A DNA stretch of 64,000 bases from Planctomycetota bacterium (GCA_965223505.1 CBDCWP010000021.1:224001-288000), one strand, 5' to 3'; shown: positions 48,880-57,844, numbered from the stretch's first letter. Program-made: numbers and translations. Notes: generated by a model from the sequence alone, not told the origin.

Positions 48880-50448
48880 ATGACAGCAACTCGAAGGGTG
48901 CTTTGGGCATGGGTGGCAGGGCTGGCGCTTTGCCTCGGCGGCTGCGGCGGCTTCGACACCGAGGACGTGTCCGAGGGCGTCGGAGAGCCCGGCGGCAGCG
49001 GGAGCCCCGGCCTCGGTTCGCTCACGATCGTGACGCAGTCGATTCCGGCCGGCAGCGAAGGCGCCGGGTACGGCGAGGCGCTGCAGACGTACGGCGAGCG
49101 CGGTCCCGTGGTCTGGACGGTCACGAGCGGCGAGCTGCCCACGGGCGTGACGCTCAGCGACGACGGCATGGTGCAGGGGACGCCGGCCGACACGGGCTTC
49201 TACACCTTCACGGTTTCCGCGACGGACGGCGTCGCCACGGACTACCAGCCGCTGGCGCTCTCCGTCGATGCGTTCGGCGCGTTCGTCACCGACGGACTAC
49301 GCTTCGGCGACGCATGGAGCGCCGCGCCGGTGTCGATCCAGACTGTCGGGCACGCCGGCAGCGTGGCCTTCGAGGTGGTCGCGACCGAGAGCGGCGGCGC
49401 GTTGGTGAACACCCATGCCGATCTCGGCACGGCGACGTATCTGCCCGGCGACGTCCCGGTGCAGGGCGGGATCGACACGATTCGCGTCACGGACACGGCC
49501 AGCGGACGCACGGCCGAGGTCACCCTCACCGTCCGACCCAATCCGCTCGAGAACCATGTCGCCCGTTGGGGGCTGACCGACGTCTGGTACGTCGATCTGA
49601 ACCGGAAGTTCGGCTCGCACCCGTACGCCTCGGACTTCCACGCCGCGCTCGTGGCGATGGGACTGCGCAACCCGGCGTCGGTCGACACGATGGGCACCGA
49701 GGCGGACCAGCTCGCCGAGACGGTCGTGCGTGTGATGCTGCATCGGCACTTGAACACGCACTTCCACCGCGATACCGACGGCTCGGCAGGTGTCGCCGGC
49801 ATGGCGATCTCGTTCGCCTACGACGAGCCCGGCGCGACCTACGTGAAGCCGGCCCCCGGCTCGTGGCTGAACGCGAACGCGGGCGTGTACAGCGTGATCG
49901 CCGTCGTAGACAACGCCACGCCCGGCTTCCTCGGCGCCGCGTTCGTCGACTCGCCGTCCAACGATCTGCACGAGAACAACACGCCGAGCGCCGCCGGCAT
50001 GCTCGGGGTGTTCGTGAACCGCGTCACGAGCAAGGTCCAGATCGGCTACAACGCGTACGGCACCACGCTCGTCGCGGACCCGGTCAACGCGTCGGACGTC
50101 GACGCGCTCAAGGCGCTTCTGTTCGAAGGACCCAACCCGGGCGGCCGCTACCACGTCCTCGAGTACAAGATGCGCGGACTGGCGCGCAGCCTCGCCGCGG
50201 TGACGGCGCACGAGATCGCGCACAGCCTCGGTCTCGGCCACACGGTGCCGGCGGTGTTCGGGTCGATCATGAACGCCGGCACGGCGATCGCGCCGAGCAA
50301 CACGTACGAATTCCTGCCGCAGGACGCGGCGGCGCTGCGCCTGGCGCTGCCGGGCCCGAGCCGGCTTTGGGCTCAGGCGGCCGCGAAGGCCACGGGCATG
50401 CCCGAGGGCGGCGCCTGTGTGTGCCATTTGGGCGGCGACGACGAGTAG
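48880..50448 (+). CDS. Lipoprotein with Ig-like (He_PIG) domain and metzincin/matrixin protease domain
   Basis: LGG-C lipobox; SGELPTGVTL..GTP; HEIAHSLGLGH; SIM Met-turn. Confidence 0.85.
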   Translation: MTATRRVLWAWVAGLALCLGGCGGFDTEDVSEGVGEPGGSGSPGLGSLTIVTQSIPAGSEGAGYGEALQTYGERGPVVWTVTSGELPTGVTLSDDGMVQGTPADTGFYTFTVSATDGVATDYQPLALSVDAFGAFVTDGLRFGDAWSAAPVSIQTVGHAGSVAFEVVATESGGALVNTHADLGTATYLPGDVPVQGGIDTIRVTDTASGRTAEVTLTVRPNPLENHVARWGLTDVWYVDLNRKFGSHPYASDFHAALVAMGLRNPASVDTMGTEADQLAETVVRVMLHRHLNTHFHRDTDGSAGVAGMAISFAYDEPGATYVKPAPGSWLNANAGVYSVIAVVDNATPGFLGAAFVDSPSNDLHENNTPSAAGMLGVFVNRVTSKVQIGYNAYGTTLVADPVNASDVDALKALLFEGPNPGGRYHVLEYKMRGLARSLAAVTAHEIAHSLGLGHTVPAVFGSIMNAGTAIAPSNTYEFLPQDAAALRLALPGPSRLWAQAAAKATGMPEGGACVCHLGGDDE

Positions 50449-50479
50449 TTCTCTCTCATTGAACCCGAGAGTGTGAACC

Positions 50480-50515
50480 GAAGGGAGCGCCCGCTTGGGT
50501 GCTCCCTTCACCTTT
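50480..50515 (+). terminator. Probable intrinsic terminator hairpin
   Basis: GAAGGGAGCGCCC-GCTT-GGGTGCTCCCTTC followed by ACCTTT. Confidence 0.55.
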
Positions 50516-50689
50516 GGGTCCGCGCGGACCCGTGCGCAGATCCGCATGAGCATGCGGCCTGCGGGCGTCTCGATCCCGCTTCGCCGCCGGTCCGGCCGTC
50601 GCAGCGACCCTCGACGCGCACCCGGTCCCCCTTCAAGCAGACCCGCCCCCCGAAGTAGAGTGCGCGGTCCCTCCGGCGGAGACCCGTAC

Positions 50690-53368
50690 GTGTCCGAGCA
50701 TCGCAATCCCGACGACGCTGACCCGATCGAAACCCAGGAGTGGCTCGAGTCGCTCGACGCCGTGTATCGCATCGCCGGCCCGGACCGCGCCCGGTTCCTG
50801 CTCGGACGCCTGCTCGGCGAAGCGCGCGAACACGGCTTCGTTCCCGACCGACTGCTCTCCTCGGATCACGTGAACACGATTCCGGTGGAGCGTGAGCCCG
50901 CCTACCCGGGCGACGAGGAGCTCGAAGAGCGCATCAACGAGATCATTCGCTGGAACGCGGCCGTCATGGTGAGCCGCGCCAACATGAAGTTCGCCGGATT
51001 GGGCGGACACATCTCGACGTTCGCCTCGTCCGCGGACTTGTACGACGTCGCGTTCAACCACTTCTTCCGCGGAAACGAGGGCGGAGGCTCCGGCGATCAG
51101 ATCTACTTCCAGGGACACGCGTCGCCGGGCATCTACGCGCGCTCGTTCCTCGAAGGACGCCTCGGCGAGGAGCACATGAACCGCTTCCGCCGCGAGGTCG
51201 AGCGGGGCAAGGGCCTGTCTTCGTACCCGCACGCGCGACTGATGCCCGACTACTGGCAGTTCCCGACGGTCTCCATGGGTCTCGGGCCGATCTGCTCGAT
51301 CTACCAGGCGCGCTTCAATCGCTACCTCAACGCCCGCGGCATCGTGAACACCGAAGACTCGCGTGTGTGGTGCTTCGTCGGCGACGGCGAGACGGACGAA
51401 CCCGAGAGCCTCGGCGCGCTCTCGGTCGCCGCGCGGGAGGGCCTGGACAACCTCACGTGGGTGATCAACTGCAACCTGCAGCGGTTGGACGGCCCCGTTC
51501 GCGGCAACGGGCAGATCATCACGGAGCTCGAGACGGTCTTTCGAGGGGCCGGCTGGAACGTGCTGAAGGTCATCTGGGGCAGCGGCTGGGACGACCTTTT
51601 CGCGCGGGACACCGAGGGTCGACTGCGCCGGCGGATGAACGAGGTCGTCGACGGCGAGTTCCAGCGCTATCGCGCCGAGAGCGGCGCGTACATCCGCGAA
51701 CACTTCTTCGGCGCCGATCCGAAGCTGCTCGATCTGGTCGCGCACCTCAGCAACGCCGACATCTGGCGGTTGCGGCGCGGCGGACACGACCACCGCAAGA
51801 TCTACGCCGCCTACAAGACCGCTGTCGAGCACAAGGGTCGTCCGACCGTGATCCTCGCGCACACCGTGAAGGGGTTCCTCCTCGGCGAAGGCTTCGAGTC
51901 CAAGAACGTGACGCATCAGAAGAAGGTCATGTCCACGGACGACTTCAAGCAGTTCCGCGACCGGCTCGAGCTGCCGATCACCGACCAGCAGCTCGCCGAT
52001 CCGCCGTTCTTCAACCCGGGGCCCGACAGCGACGAGGTGCGCTACATGCTCGAGCGCCGCGCGGCGCTCGGGGGGCCGGTGCCGGCGCGGCGCACCCAGC
52101 TCCACGTGAAGCTCGAGGTGCCGGGCGAGGACCTCTACGACGAGTTCCTGGAGGGGACGAAGAACCCGGGCGGGGTGTCGACGACGATGGCCTTCGTGCG
52201 GCTGTTGACGAAGCTGCTGAAGGACAAGAACCTGGGCAAGCGCGTCGTGCCGATCATTCCCGACGAAGCGCGTACGTTCGGCATGGAGCCCTTGTTCCGC
52301 CAGGTAGGCATCTACGCGGCGCAGGGCCAGAAGTACGAGCCCGTCGACCACAGCCAACTGCTCTTCTACAGGGAGTCGGAGGACGGCCAGGTCCTGCAGG
52401 AGGGCATCACCGAGGCCGGGTCGATGTCGAGCTTCATGGCGGCCGGTACGACGTACTCGTCGCACGGCGAGCCGATGCTGCCGTTCTACATCTTCTATTC
52501 GATGTTCGGCTTCCAGCGCGTGGGCGACCTGGCGTGGGCGTTCGGCGACGCGCGCGGGCGGGGATTCCTGATCGGCGCGACGGCGGGGCGTACGACGCTC
52601 AACGGCGAGGGGCTGCAGCACGAGGACGGGCACAGCCACGTGCTCGGGAACACGATCCCCAACCTGGTGAGCTACGACCCGTCGTTCGCGTTCGAGATCG
52701 CGTTGGTCGTCAAGGAAGGCATGCGCCGCATGTACGGCGAAGAGCAGGACGTCTTCTACTACATCACCGTCCACAACGAGAACTACCCGCAGCCGCCGAT
52801 GCCGGAGGGCACGGATCCGGAACACGTGATCGAGGGGCTGTACCTGTTCAAGAAGGCGAAGCGGCGCAACAAGAAGCACGTCGTGTTGCTCGGCAGCGGG
52901 TCCATCATGATGCAGGTGCTCGCTGCGCAGGAGCTGCTCGCGGACAAGTTCAAGGTGTCTGCGGACGTGTGGAGCGCGACGAGCTACCAACAGCTGCGGC
53001 ACAATGCGCTGACCGCGGAGCGCTGGAACCGGCTGCACCCGACGGACGAGCCGAAGACCTGCCACCTGTTCGACGTCATGAAGCAGATCGACGCGCCCGT
53101 GATCGCGGCGAGTGACTACATGAAGTACGTACCCGACCAGATCGCGCGCTGGGTCCCGACGACCTGGGTCCCGCTGGGCACGGACGGGTTCGGCATGAGT
53201 GACACGCGCGAGGCGCTGCGTCGTCACTTCGAGGTGGATGCCGAGTCGATTGCGATCGGCGCGCTGGACGCGCTTGCCCGGGACGGCGCGATCACGGCGG
53301 CCGACGTCGACAAGGGCATCAAGGCGCTCGACTACGATCCCGACAAGCTGCGCCCGACGACGATCTAG
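50690..53368 (+). CDS. aceE: Pyruvate dehydrogenase E1, homodimeric type
   Basis: GTG 50690 after GGAGA; DPIETQEWL, QGHASPG, FPTVSMGLGP, GDGE, NCNLQRLDGP, GEGLQHEDGHS. Confidence 0.98.
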   Translation: MSEHRNPDDADPIETQEWLESLDAVYRIAGPDRARFLLGRLLGEAREHGFVPDRLLSSDHVNTIPVEREPAYPGDEELEERINEIIRWNAAVMVSRANMKFAGLGGHISTFASSADLYDVAFNHFFRGNEGGGSGDQIYFQGHASPGIYARSFLEGRLGEEHMNRFRREVERGKGLSSYPHARLMPDYWQFPTVSMGLGPICSIYQARFNRYLNARGIVNTEDSRVWCFVGDGETDEPESLGALSVAAREGLDNLTWVINCNLQRLDGPVRGNGQIITELETVFRGAGWNVLKVIWGSGWDDLFARDTEGRLRRRMNEVVDGEFQRYRAESGAYIREHFFGADPKLLDLVAHLSNADIWRLRRGGHDHRKIYAAYKTAVEHKGRPTVILAHTVKGFLLGEGFESKNVTHQKKVMSTDDFKQFRDRLELPITDQQLADPPFFNPGPDSDEVRYMLERRAALGGPVPARRTQLHVKLEVPGEDLYDEFLEGTKNPGGVSTTMAFVRLLTKLLKDKNLGKRVVPIIPDEARTFGMEPLFRQVGIYAAQGQKYEPVDHSQLLFYRESEDGQVLQEGITEAGSMSSFMAAGTTYSSHGEPMLPFYIFYSMFGFQRVGDLAWAFGDARGRGFLIGATAGRTTLNGEGLQHEDGHSHVLGNTIPNLVSYDPSFAFEIALVVKEGMRRMYGEEQDVFYYITVHNENYPQPPMPEGTDPEHVIEGLYLFKKAKRRNKKHVVLLGSGSIMMQVLAAQELLADKFKVSADVWSATSYQQLRHNALTAERWNRLHPTDEPKTCHLFDVMKQIDAPVIAASDYMKYVPDQIARWVPTTWVPLGTDGFGMSDTREALRRHFEVDAESIAIGALDALARDGAITAADVDKGIKALDYDPDKLRPTTI

Positions 53369-53395
53369 CTCGACGCTCGGACTCGCGATCGCCCG

Positions 53396-54556
53396 TCAGT
53401 CCAACTTCAACTTCTTGCGCAGCACCGCGACGTACGCGGCGCGCTGCTCTTCCGTCCAGCCGTCGGGCGGATCGGGGAGGCGCTTGCGCGCGGAGCCCTC
53501 CATGAGCGACACCTGGATGCTCTGGACGAGCGACACGGCGGCCCGCGCCTTGCGTTGATCGTCCTCCGCGACGGCGGCGGGCAGGCCGTCGAGCAGAGCG
53601 CGTAGCGCGCGTGTCTTGTCGTCGTCCTTCACGCGCGAAGCGATCGCGCCCAGCGCGTGCGCGACGCTGCGGCTCGTGCCGTTGTAGGGGTTCATCTGCT
53701 TCGAGAACGCGGCGAGCGCGTCGATGCACGCCGCGTCGCCCGACTTGACCATGCACTTGGCCGCCCACCCACGCAGCACGTTCGGATTGCCCGACGGCAC
53801 GTCCTTGCCGGCGCCCGCGAACAGCTTGGCGAGGATCGGCGCCAGGTCGGTTCGTTCGTGCGACTCGAGCGCTTTGAGGACGGCGAAACGAATCGTGTCG
53901 CTGGGCGCTTCGAGGAAGCCCTCCGCGCCGTCCACGAGCTCCTGGGGCGCCTCCTCGGCCATGTACTGCACGCAGCGAATGCGAATCACGATGTCCTCGT
54001 AGGGATTCGCCGCCAGCTGGTTCAGCTTCTTCGGCTTGACCTTCCTCTTGTCGCGCAGCTGTTCTTCGAGCTCGAGCAGGCGCGTGTGCTGCTCTTCGAA
54101 CGCGGCGATCGCCTGCTCGTCGCCCTTGACGTCTCGGCCCTCGAAGCCCTTCTTCAACGCGTCGACGCTGCGCCCCAGGCGCGCCAGGATCCGGTCGTCG
54201 TTGGGGTCGATGAGGAAGAGATGCGGCCAGCTGGTGACCCCGAAGCGGTCGTGCGTGCGCGCGGCTTCGCGGTCGGACTCGTCGTCACGCCAGGTGCGAC
54301 AGACGTAGATCCAGACGACCTTCTCGTAGCTGTCCTTCAGGTCTTCGTGAGGCAGCACCTGCTCCTCGATGGGGACGCAGTGGGGTCAGTGCTTCTTCGT
54401 GAAGTAGGCGAAGATCGGCCGGCCCTTGCTCAGCGCCTCCTTTTTCGCTTCGAGCCAGGTCGGCTTCCACGGCGGCCCGTCGGGAATCGTCTCCCCCGCG
54501 AACGCGGCCGGCGCGATGAAGACTCCGACCAACACGAACGGAAGCGCGCACCTCAT
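53396..54556 (-). CDS. Probable exported selenoprotein: thioredoxin-like domain (U-P-H-C) plus HEAT-like repeats, 386 aa, Sec at codon 57
   Basis: ATG 54556 MRCALPFVLVGVFIAPAAFA-GETIPDGPPWKPTWLEAKKEALSKGRPIFAYFTKKH[TGA 54388-54386]PHCVPIEEQVLPHEDLK, continuing in frame into ORF 53396..54358. Confidence 0.85.
54349..54367 (-). promoter_or_regulatory. Candidate bacterial SECIS hairpin
   Basis: GAGGAGCAGGUGCUGCCUC begins 18 nt 3' of the UGA; GCAG-GUG-CUGC apex resembles the E. coli fdhF SECIS core GCAGGUCUGC. Confidence 0.7.
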
Positions 54557-54643
54557 CGTGGGATCCTAGCCCATTCCCACTCCAGGAACCTCGCGCTCTT
54601 TCGCGAGTGCGTGCCCTGACCCTCTTCCGCCGGTTCGCCGGCG

Positions 54644-54752
54644 GTAGGCGGACTCGGGGCGACGGCAGGGCGTAGCCATCCTTGCGACGACGCGTGGTAC
54701 CCCACGCGAGGAGCGGATGGCATAGCCCGGACGAGCATCCGAGTTCGCCTAC
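54644..54752. repeat. Long imperfect hairpin bounded by GTAG...CTAC
   Basis: Nested arms GTAGGCGGACTCGG/CCGAGTTCGCCTAC, GCCATCC/GGATGGC and CGCGTGG/CCACGCG. Confidence 0.7.
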
Positions 54753-54872
54753 AAGAAGATGGCCGGGGGGCCGGCCCAAAACGGGCGGCCCCACCGGCCA
54801 GGGGGAGCTCAGTGGGAGGGAGGGAGGGTAGGGCAGGGAATGAGCTCACCCCTACACGTGGCCTTTTGGCCA
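54753..54872 (-). ncRNA. Candidate sRNA: three hairpins, the central one with a C-rich loop
   Basis: TAGAGT box at 54883-54878; UGGCC-AAAA-GGCCA; GAGCUCA-[UUCCCUGCCCUACCCUCCCUCCCUCCCAC]-UGAGCUC; GC-rich hairpin then UCUUCUU. Confidence 0.5.
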
Positions 54873-54942
54873 TCCATACTCTATGACGGAAACCAGGCAT
54901 CAGTTGTTTCAACGATTACCCGGAATGAGCGCCGAATTCAGA

Positions 54943-54970
54943 AGCGCCGGGCGGCGAGCCGCCCGGCGCT
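54943..54970 (-). terminator. Perfect inverted repeat downstream of 54999..55421
   Basis: AGCGCCGGGCGG-CGAG-CCGCCCGGCGCT; U-tail weak. Confidence 0.6.
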
Positions 54971-54998
54971 CAGAGTGGCCGCGAATAGGGGTTCGGAC

Positions 54999-55421
54999 CT
55001 ACAAGCGGAAACGGCCGCCGATCGTGACATGGCCCACCGGACGGCGGTGGACGCGGCGGTGAATGACTCGCCGGTGCGGCACCCAGCGGCGGACCGGCAC
55101 ACGGACGGTTTCCACGTCCCAGTGGCCCTCGCTGTAGACGGCATGCCCATGGCTGTCGTAGCCGATGAACTCCGGCGCGTGATAGACGCGCCGCCGCTCG
55201 TAGCGGTACTCCGTCACCCAGTAGCCGCCGGTGTGGCGAACCCGGGTGCGGTGCGCGTGGCGGTGCCCGCCGATCGGAATCGAGACGCCGATGCCGATGT
55301 GGGTACCGCCGAAGGCCACGCCGGATGCACCGGAGCTGAGCGGCGCTGCCTCCGCCGTGCTCGGAAGTGCCAGGGCCAGGCCGGCCACCAGCGCTGCGGG
55401 AAGGATCAGAATGCGAAGCAT
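54999..55421 (-). CDS. Small exported His/Arg-rich protein
   Basis: ATG 55421 after GGAGA; signal peptide ending AEA; GGYW, GHW, RRWVP motifs. Confidence 0.75.
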   Translation of the reverse strand: MLRILILPAALVAGLALALPSTAEAAPLSSGASGVAFGGTHIGIGVSIPIGGHRHAHRTRVRHTGGYWVTEYRYERRRVYHAPEFIGYDSHGHAVYSEGHWDVETVRVPVRRWVPHRRVIHRRVHRRPVGHVTIGGRFRL

Positions 55422-55622
55422 GGTCTTGTTCTCCGTTCGGCCCGCCGGATCAGGCCTTGGCGATGCGGGAGACTTCACACGTTCCGTGCCAGACGGCGCG
55501 CCGAGTCCGTAAACCACTGTACAATATGTGGTTAGAGAGAGGGCCTGCCGCAGGACGACGCGCGGCTGTCCCCGCAGGTGGACAGTCGCGGTCGCCGCGT
55601 CGGGCCCCTACGATGAGGGGCC

Positions 55623-56066
55623 GTGTCCGAACCGATCTCCATTCGCGCTCACATGGTCCTCTGTCTGCAGGGGTTTCGCGGGGAGGGGTACTCGATCACG
55701 TTCGTCTCCGAGATGGCCCAGGTGCTGCGGGAACTGACCGAGGATCCGGAGCGGCCGGTGCGCCTGATCACGAGCCCCGACCGCATCTGCCGCGCCTGCA
55801 GCAACTTGCGAAACGGCGGCTGCACCCTCGGAGGACCGGATCACGAGAGCCACATGCACGATCAGGACGCAGAGGTCCTGCGGCGGCTCTCCCTGGACGA
55901 GGGCGGCGTCTACCCCTGGCGCCTCGTCCTCCAGCGGATCGGGGCAAACGTGCGTGGAGCCGACCTCCCGGCGATCTGCACGACCTGCCCTTGGCTCGAG
56001 CTCGGATATTGCACCGAGGCGATGGACCGGCTCGCCAGCGCCCCGGCGGCCCCGGAAACCGACTGA
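55623..56066 (+). CDS. DUF1284 family Cys-rich protein
   Basis: RAHMVLCLQGFRGEGYS..F, PDRICRAC, ICTTCPW..LGYC. Confidence 0.85.
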   Translation: MSEPISIRAHMVLCLQGFRGEGYSITFVSEMAQVLRELTEDPERPVRLITSPDRICRACSNLRNGGCTLGGPDHESHMHDQDAEVLRRLSLDEGGVYPWRLVLQRIGANVRGADLPAICTTCPWLELGYCTEAMDRLASAPAAPETD

Positions 56067-56824
56067 TGGCCGGGGAGCGCCCCCCGTCCGCCGACGCCGC
56101 GCCGGAACCGGGGGGAAGCGGGAAGGACGAAGGCCCGGAGGCGTCCAAGAGGCGACCTCCCGACCCGGAACGCCCCATGTCCGCATCCCTCGCCCGATCC
56201 CAGCCTCGTCGTGCGCCCCGGCGGCCAACGCGCCGCCGCGTACGCGGGCCCGACCGCGCCGTCCAGGACCTGTGGACGGCACGACTGCGCGAGGGCGACC
56301 ACGACACGCTGCGCGAGGTGATGCAGGCCTATGGGGAGCGCATCACGGCCGTCGTTGCGGGCATCCTGCGCGACCGGGACGCGGTGGACGACGTCGTCCA
56401 GGAGGCGTTCACCAAGGTCTTCTACCGCATCCACTCGTTCAAGGGGACGTCGAGCCTGTACACGTGGATCTACCGCATCGCGGTCAACGCCACCAAGGAC
56501 TACATCAAGTCCCGCAAGCGCCGTCCCGCGTCGTCGCTCGACGACCTCCCGGCGCCGTTGGCGCTGCCGCAGCAAGGACGACCGATGCTCGAGGGCATCG
56601 AACAACGCGAGCTGCGTCTGCGCGTGCGCGGCGCCATCGATCGCCTCCCTACCAAGTTTCGTTCCGTGCTCGCGCTCCGCGAGATCGAAGGCATGGCGTA
56701 TCACGAGATCGCCGAGGTCATGAGCCTGAGCCTGGGCACGGTGGAAAGCCGGCTCTTCCGAGCACGAAAGCGTCTGCGTTCGCTGCTCGCCCGGGAAGAG
56801 CAACGTGAGAAAGGGACCTCGTGA
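56066..56824 (+). CDS. ECF RNA polymerase sigma factor (RpoE/SigW-like)
   Basis: DDVVQEAF, TWIYRIAVN, LREIEGMAYHEIAEVM..SLGTVESRLFRAR; start 56066 (TGATG overlap) or 56177. Confidence 0.93.
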   Translation: MAGERPPSADAAPEPGGSGKDEGPEASKRRPPDPERPMSASLARSQPRRAPRRPTRRRVRGPDRAVQDLWTARLREGDHDTLREVMQAYGERITAVVAGILRDRDAVDDVVQEAFTKVFYRIHSFKGTSSLYTWIYRIAVNATKDYIKSRKRRPASSLDDLPAPLALPQQGRPMLEGIEQRELRLRVRGAIDRLPTKFRSVLALREIEGMAYHEIAEVMSLSLGTVESRLFRARKRLRSLLAREEQREKGTS

Positions 56825-57291
56825 AGCAACACCACGAACATGGGCTCTCGCATGAAGAGTCGCGCTACCTCGACGGCGAGCTGCCGCCGGAGGACATGCG
56901 CCGATTCGAGCGCGAGCTCGCAGCCGACCCGGACCGGGCCGCGCGCCTGGACGCCTATCGCGACGCGATGGGGCTCTGGAAGCAGGACGTCGAACGCCGC
57001 ACCGCCATGGTCGACGAGGACGCCTTGGCCGATCGCGTCATGGCGTCGATCTCGTCGGGCGAGGCGCTCGAGCTGCTGCGGCCCTTGGCGCCGCGCTGGA
57101 TGACCGCCGCCGCCGTATTGCTCATCGGCGTCGGCGTCATCGGCACCACGGTCGTTCGCTCGCAACGGGCCGGGGCGGCGCAGGCAAGTCAGAAGTTGGA
57201 GAAGCTCAGCTTCATGTCGGAAGCGATGGTCGAGATGATGGCCGCGGATCCGGCATTCCAGCCGAGCACGATGTTGAACGGAGGCCGCTGA
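56821..57291 (+). CDS. Membrane-bound anti-sigma factor
   Basis: SRYLDGEL N-terminus without HxxxCxxC; single TM; GTGA overlap with the sigma gene. Confidence 0.8.
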   Translation: MKQHHEHGLSHEESRYLDGELPPEDMRRFERELAADPDRAARLDAYRDAMGLWKQDVERRTAMVDEDALADRVMASISSGEALELLRPLAPRWMTAAAVLLIGVGVIGTTVVRSQRAGAAQASQKLEKLSFMSEAMVEMMAADPAFQPSTMLNGGR

Positions 57292-57629
57292 TGATGGGCC
57301 CCAGCGTCAGGACGACCGCGATTCTCATGTTGCTGGCAGGCGTCTCGATGGGCGTCTTCGCCGGCACCTTGACGGCGGGCGAGAAACCCTCCGTCGAGCC
57401 CACGCTCAACCAGCGCATCGAGATGCAGGTCAGCGAGTACCGAAAGTTCTACGGGCTCGACGACGTGCAGACGGACCAGGTGCGGATGATCCTGAAGGAC
57501 TATCAGCGCCAGCTCCTGGACGGCATCCGGGACGTCTACCGAGAGAACCAGAGCCGGTTCGACCGGCTGCAGGGCGTGGCCGAGAAGCGCATCCAGGACG
57601 TCGTGAAGAAGAACGGCAAGGCGAACTGA
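57291..57629 (+). CDS. Small exported helical protein (Spy/CpxP-like accessory)
   Basis: Signal or TM segment; GLDDVQTDQVRMIL; third gene after sigma and anti-sigma. Confidence 0.6.
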   Translation: MMGPSVRTTAILMLLAGVSMGVFAGTLTAGEKPSVEPTLNQRIEMQVSEYRKFYGLDDVQTDQVRMILKDYQRQLLDGIRDVYRENQSRFDRLQGVAEKRIQDVVKKNGKAN

Positions 57630-57758
57630 GCGCGAGCGGGCCTCTCCGCGGTCAACCGGCCGCGGGAGCCGGCCGATGTTCAGTCTGACGTAGGTTTGGC
57701 GGGCAAAAACGGGGGAATCGGTCCTCGGTTGGATCGAGAGCGCTCCTGAACACGCCCC

Positions 57759-57764
57759 TATAAT
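57759..57764 (+). promoter_or_regulatory. Consensus -10 box upstream of the pilM-like gene
   Basis: TATAAT in a GC-rich context, about 80 nt before ATG 57845. Confidence 0.45.
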
Positions 57765-57844
57765 CCGCGGGAATTCCCCAGGAGCGGGGCCTCACGGCCT
57801 CAAACGGCCATCCGGATCGCTCCTGTCCGGTTGGAGACGAACGC

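Noticed and set aside
54386..54388. Genome-wide UGA reassignment (Trp or Gly code) as the explanation of the in-frame TGA
   Set aside because: TGA is a normal stop elsewhere (trpS, and ATGA overlaps at 4032, 12004, 30981, 33262, 33981, 35525), so recoding must be site-specific.
54644..54752. 6S RNA, SRP RNA or tRNA-Sec
   Set aside because: Too short for 6S, lacks the SRP helix-8 motif, and shows no cloverleaf with a UCA anticodon by eye.
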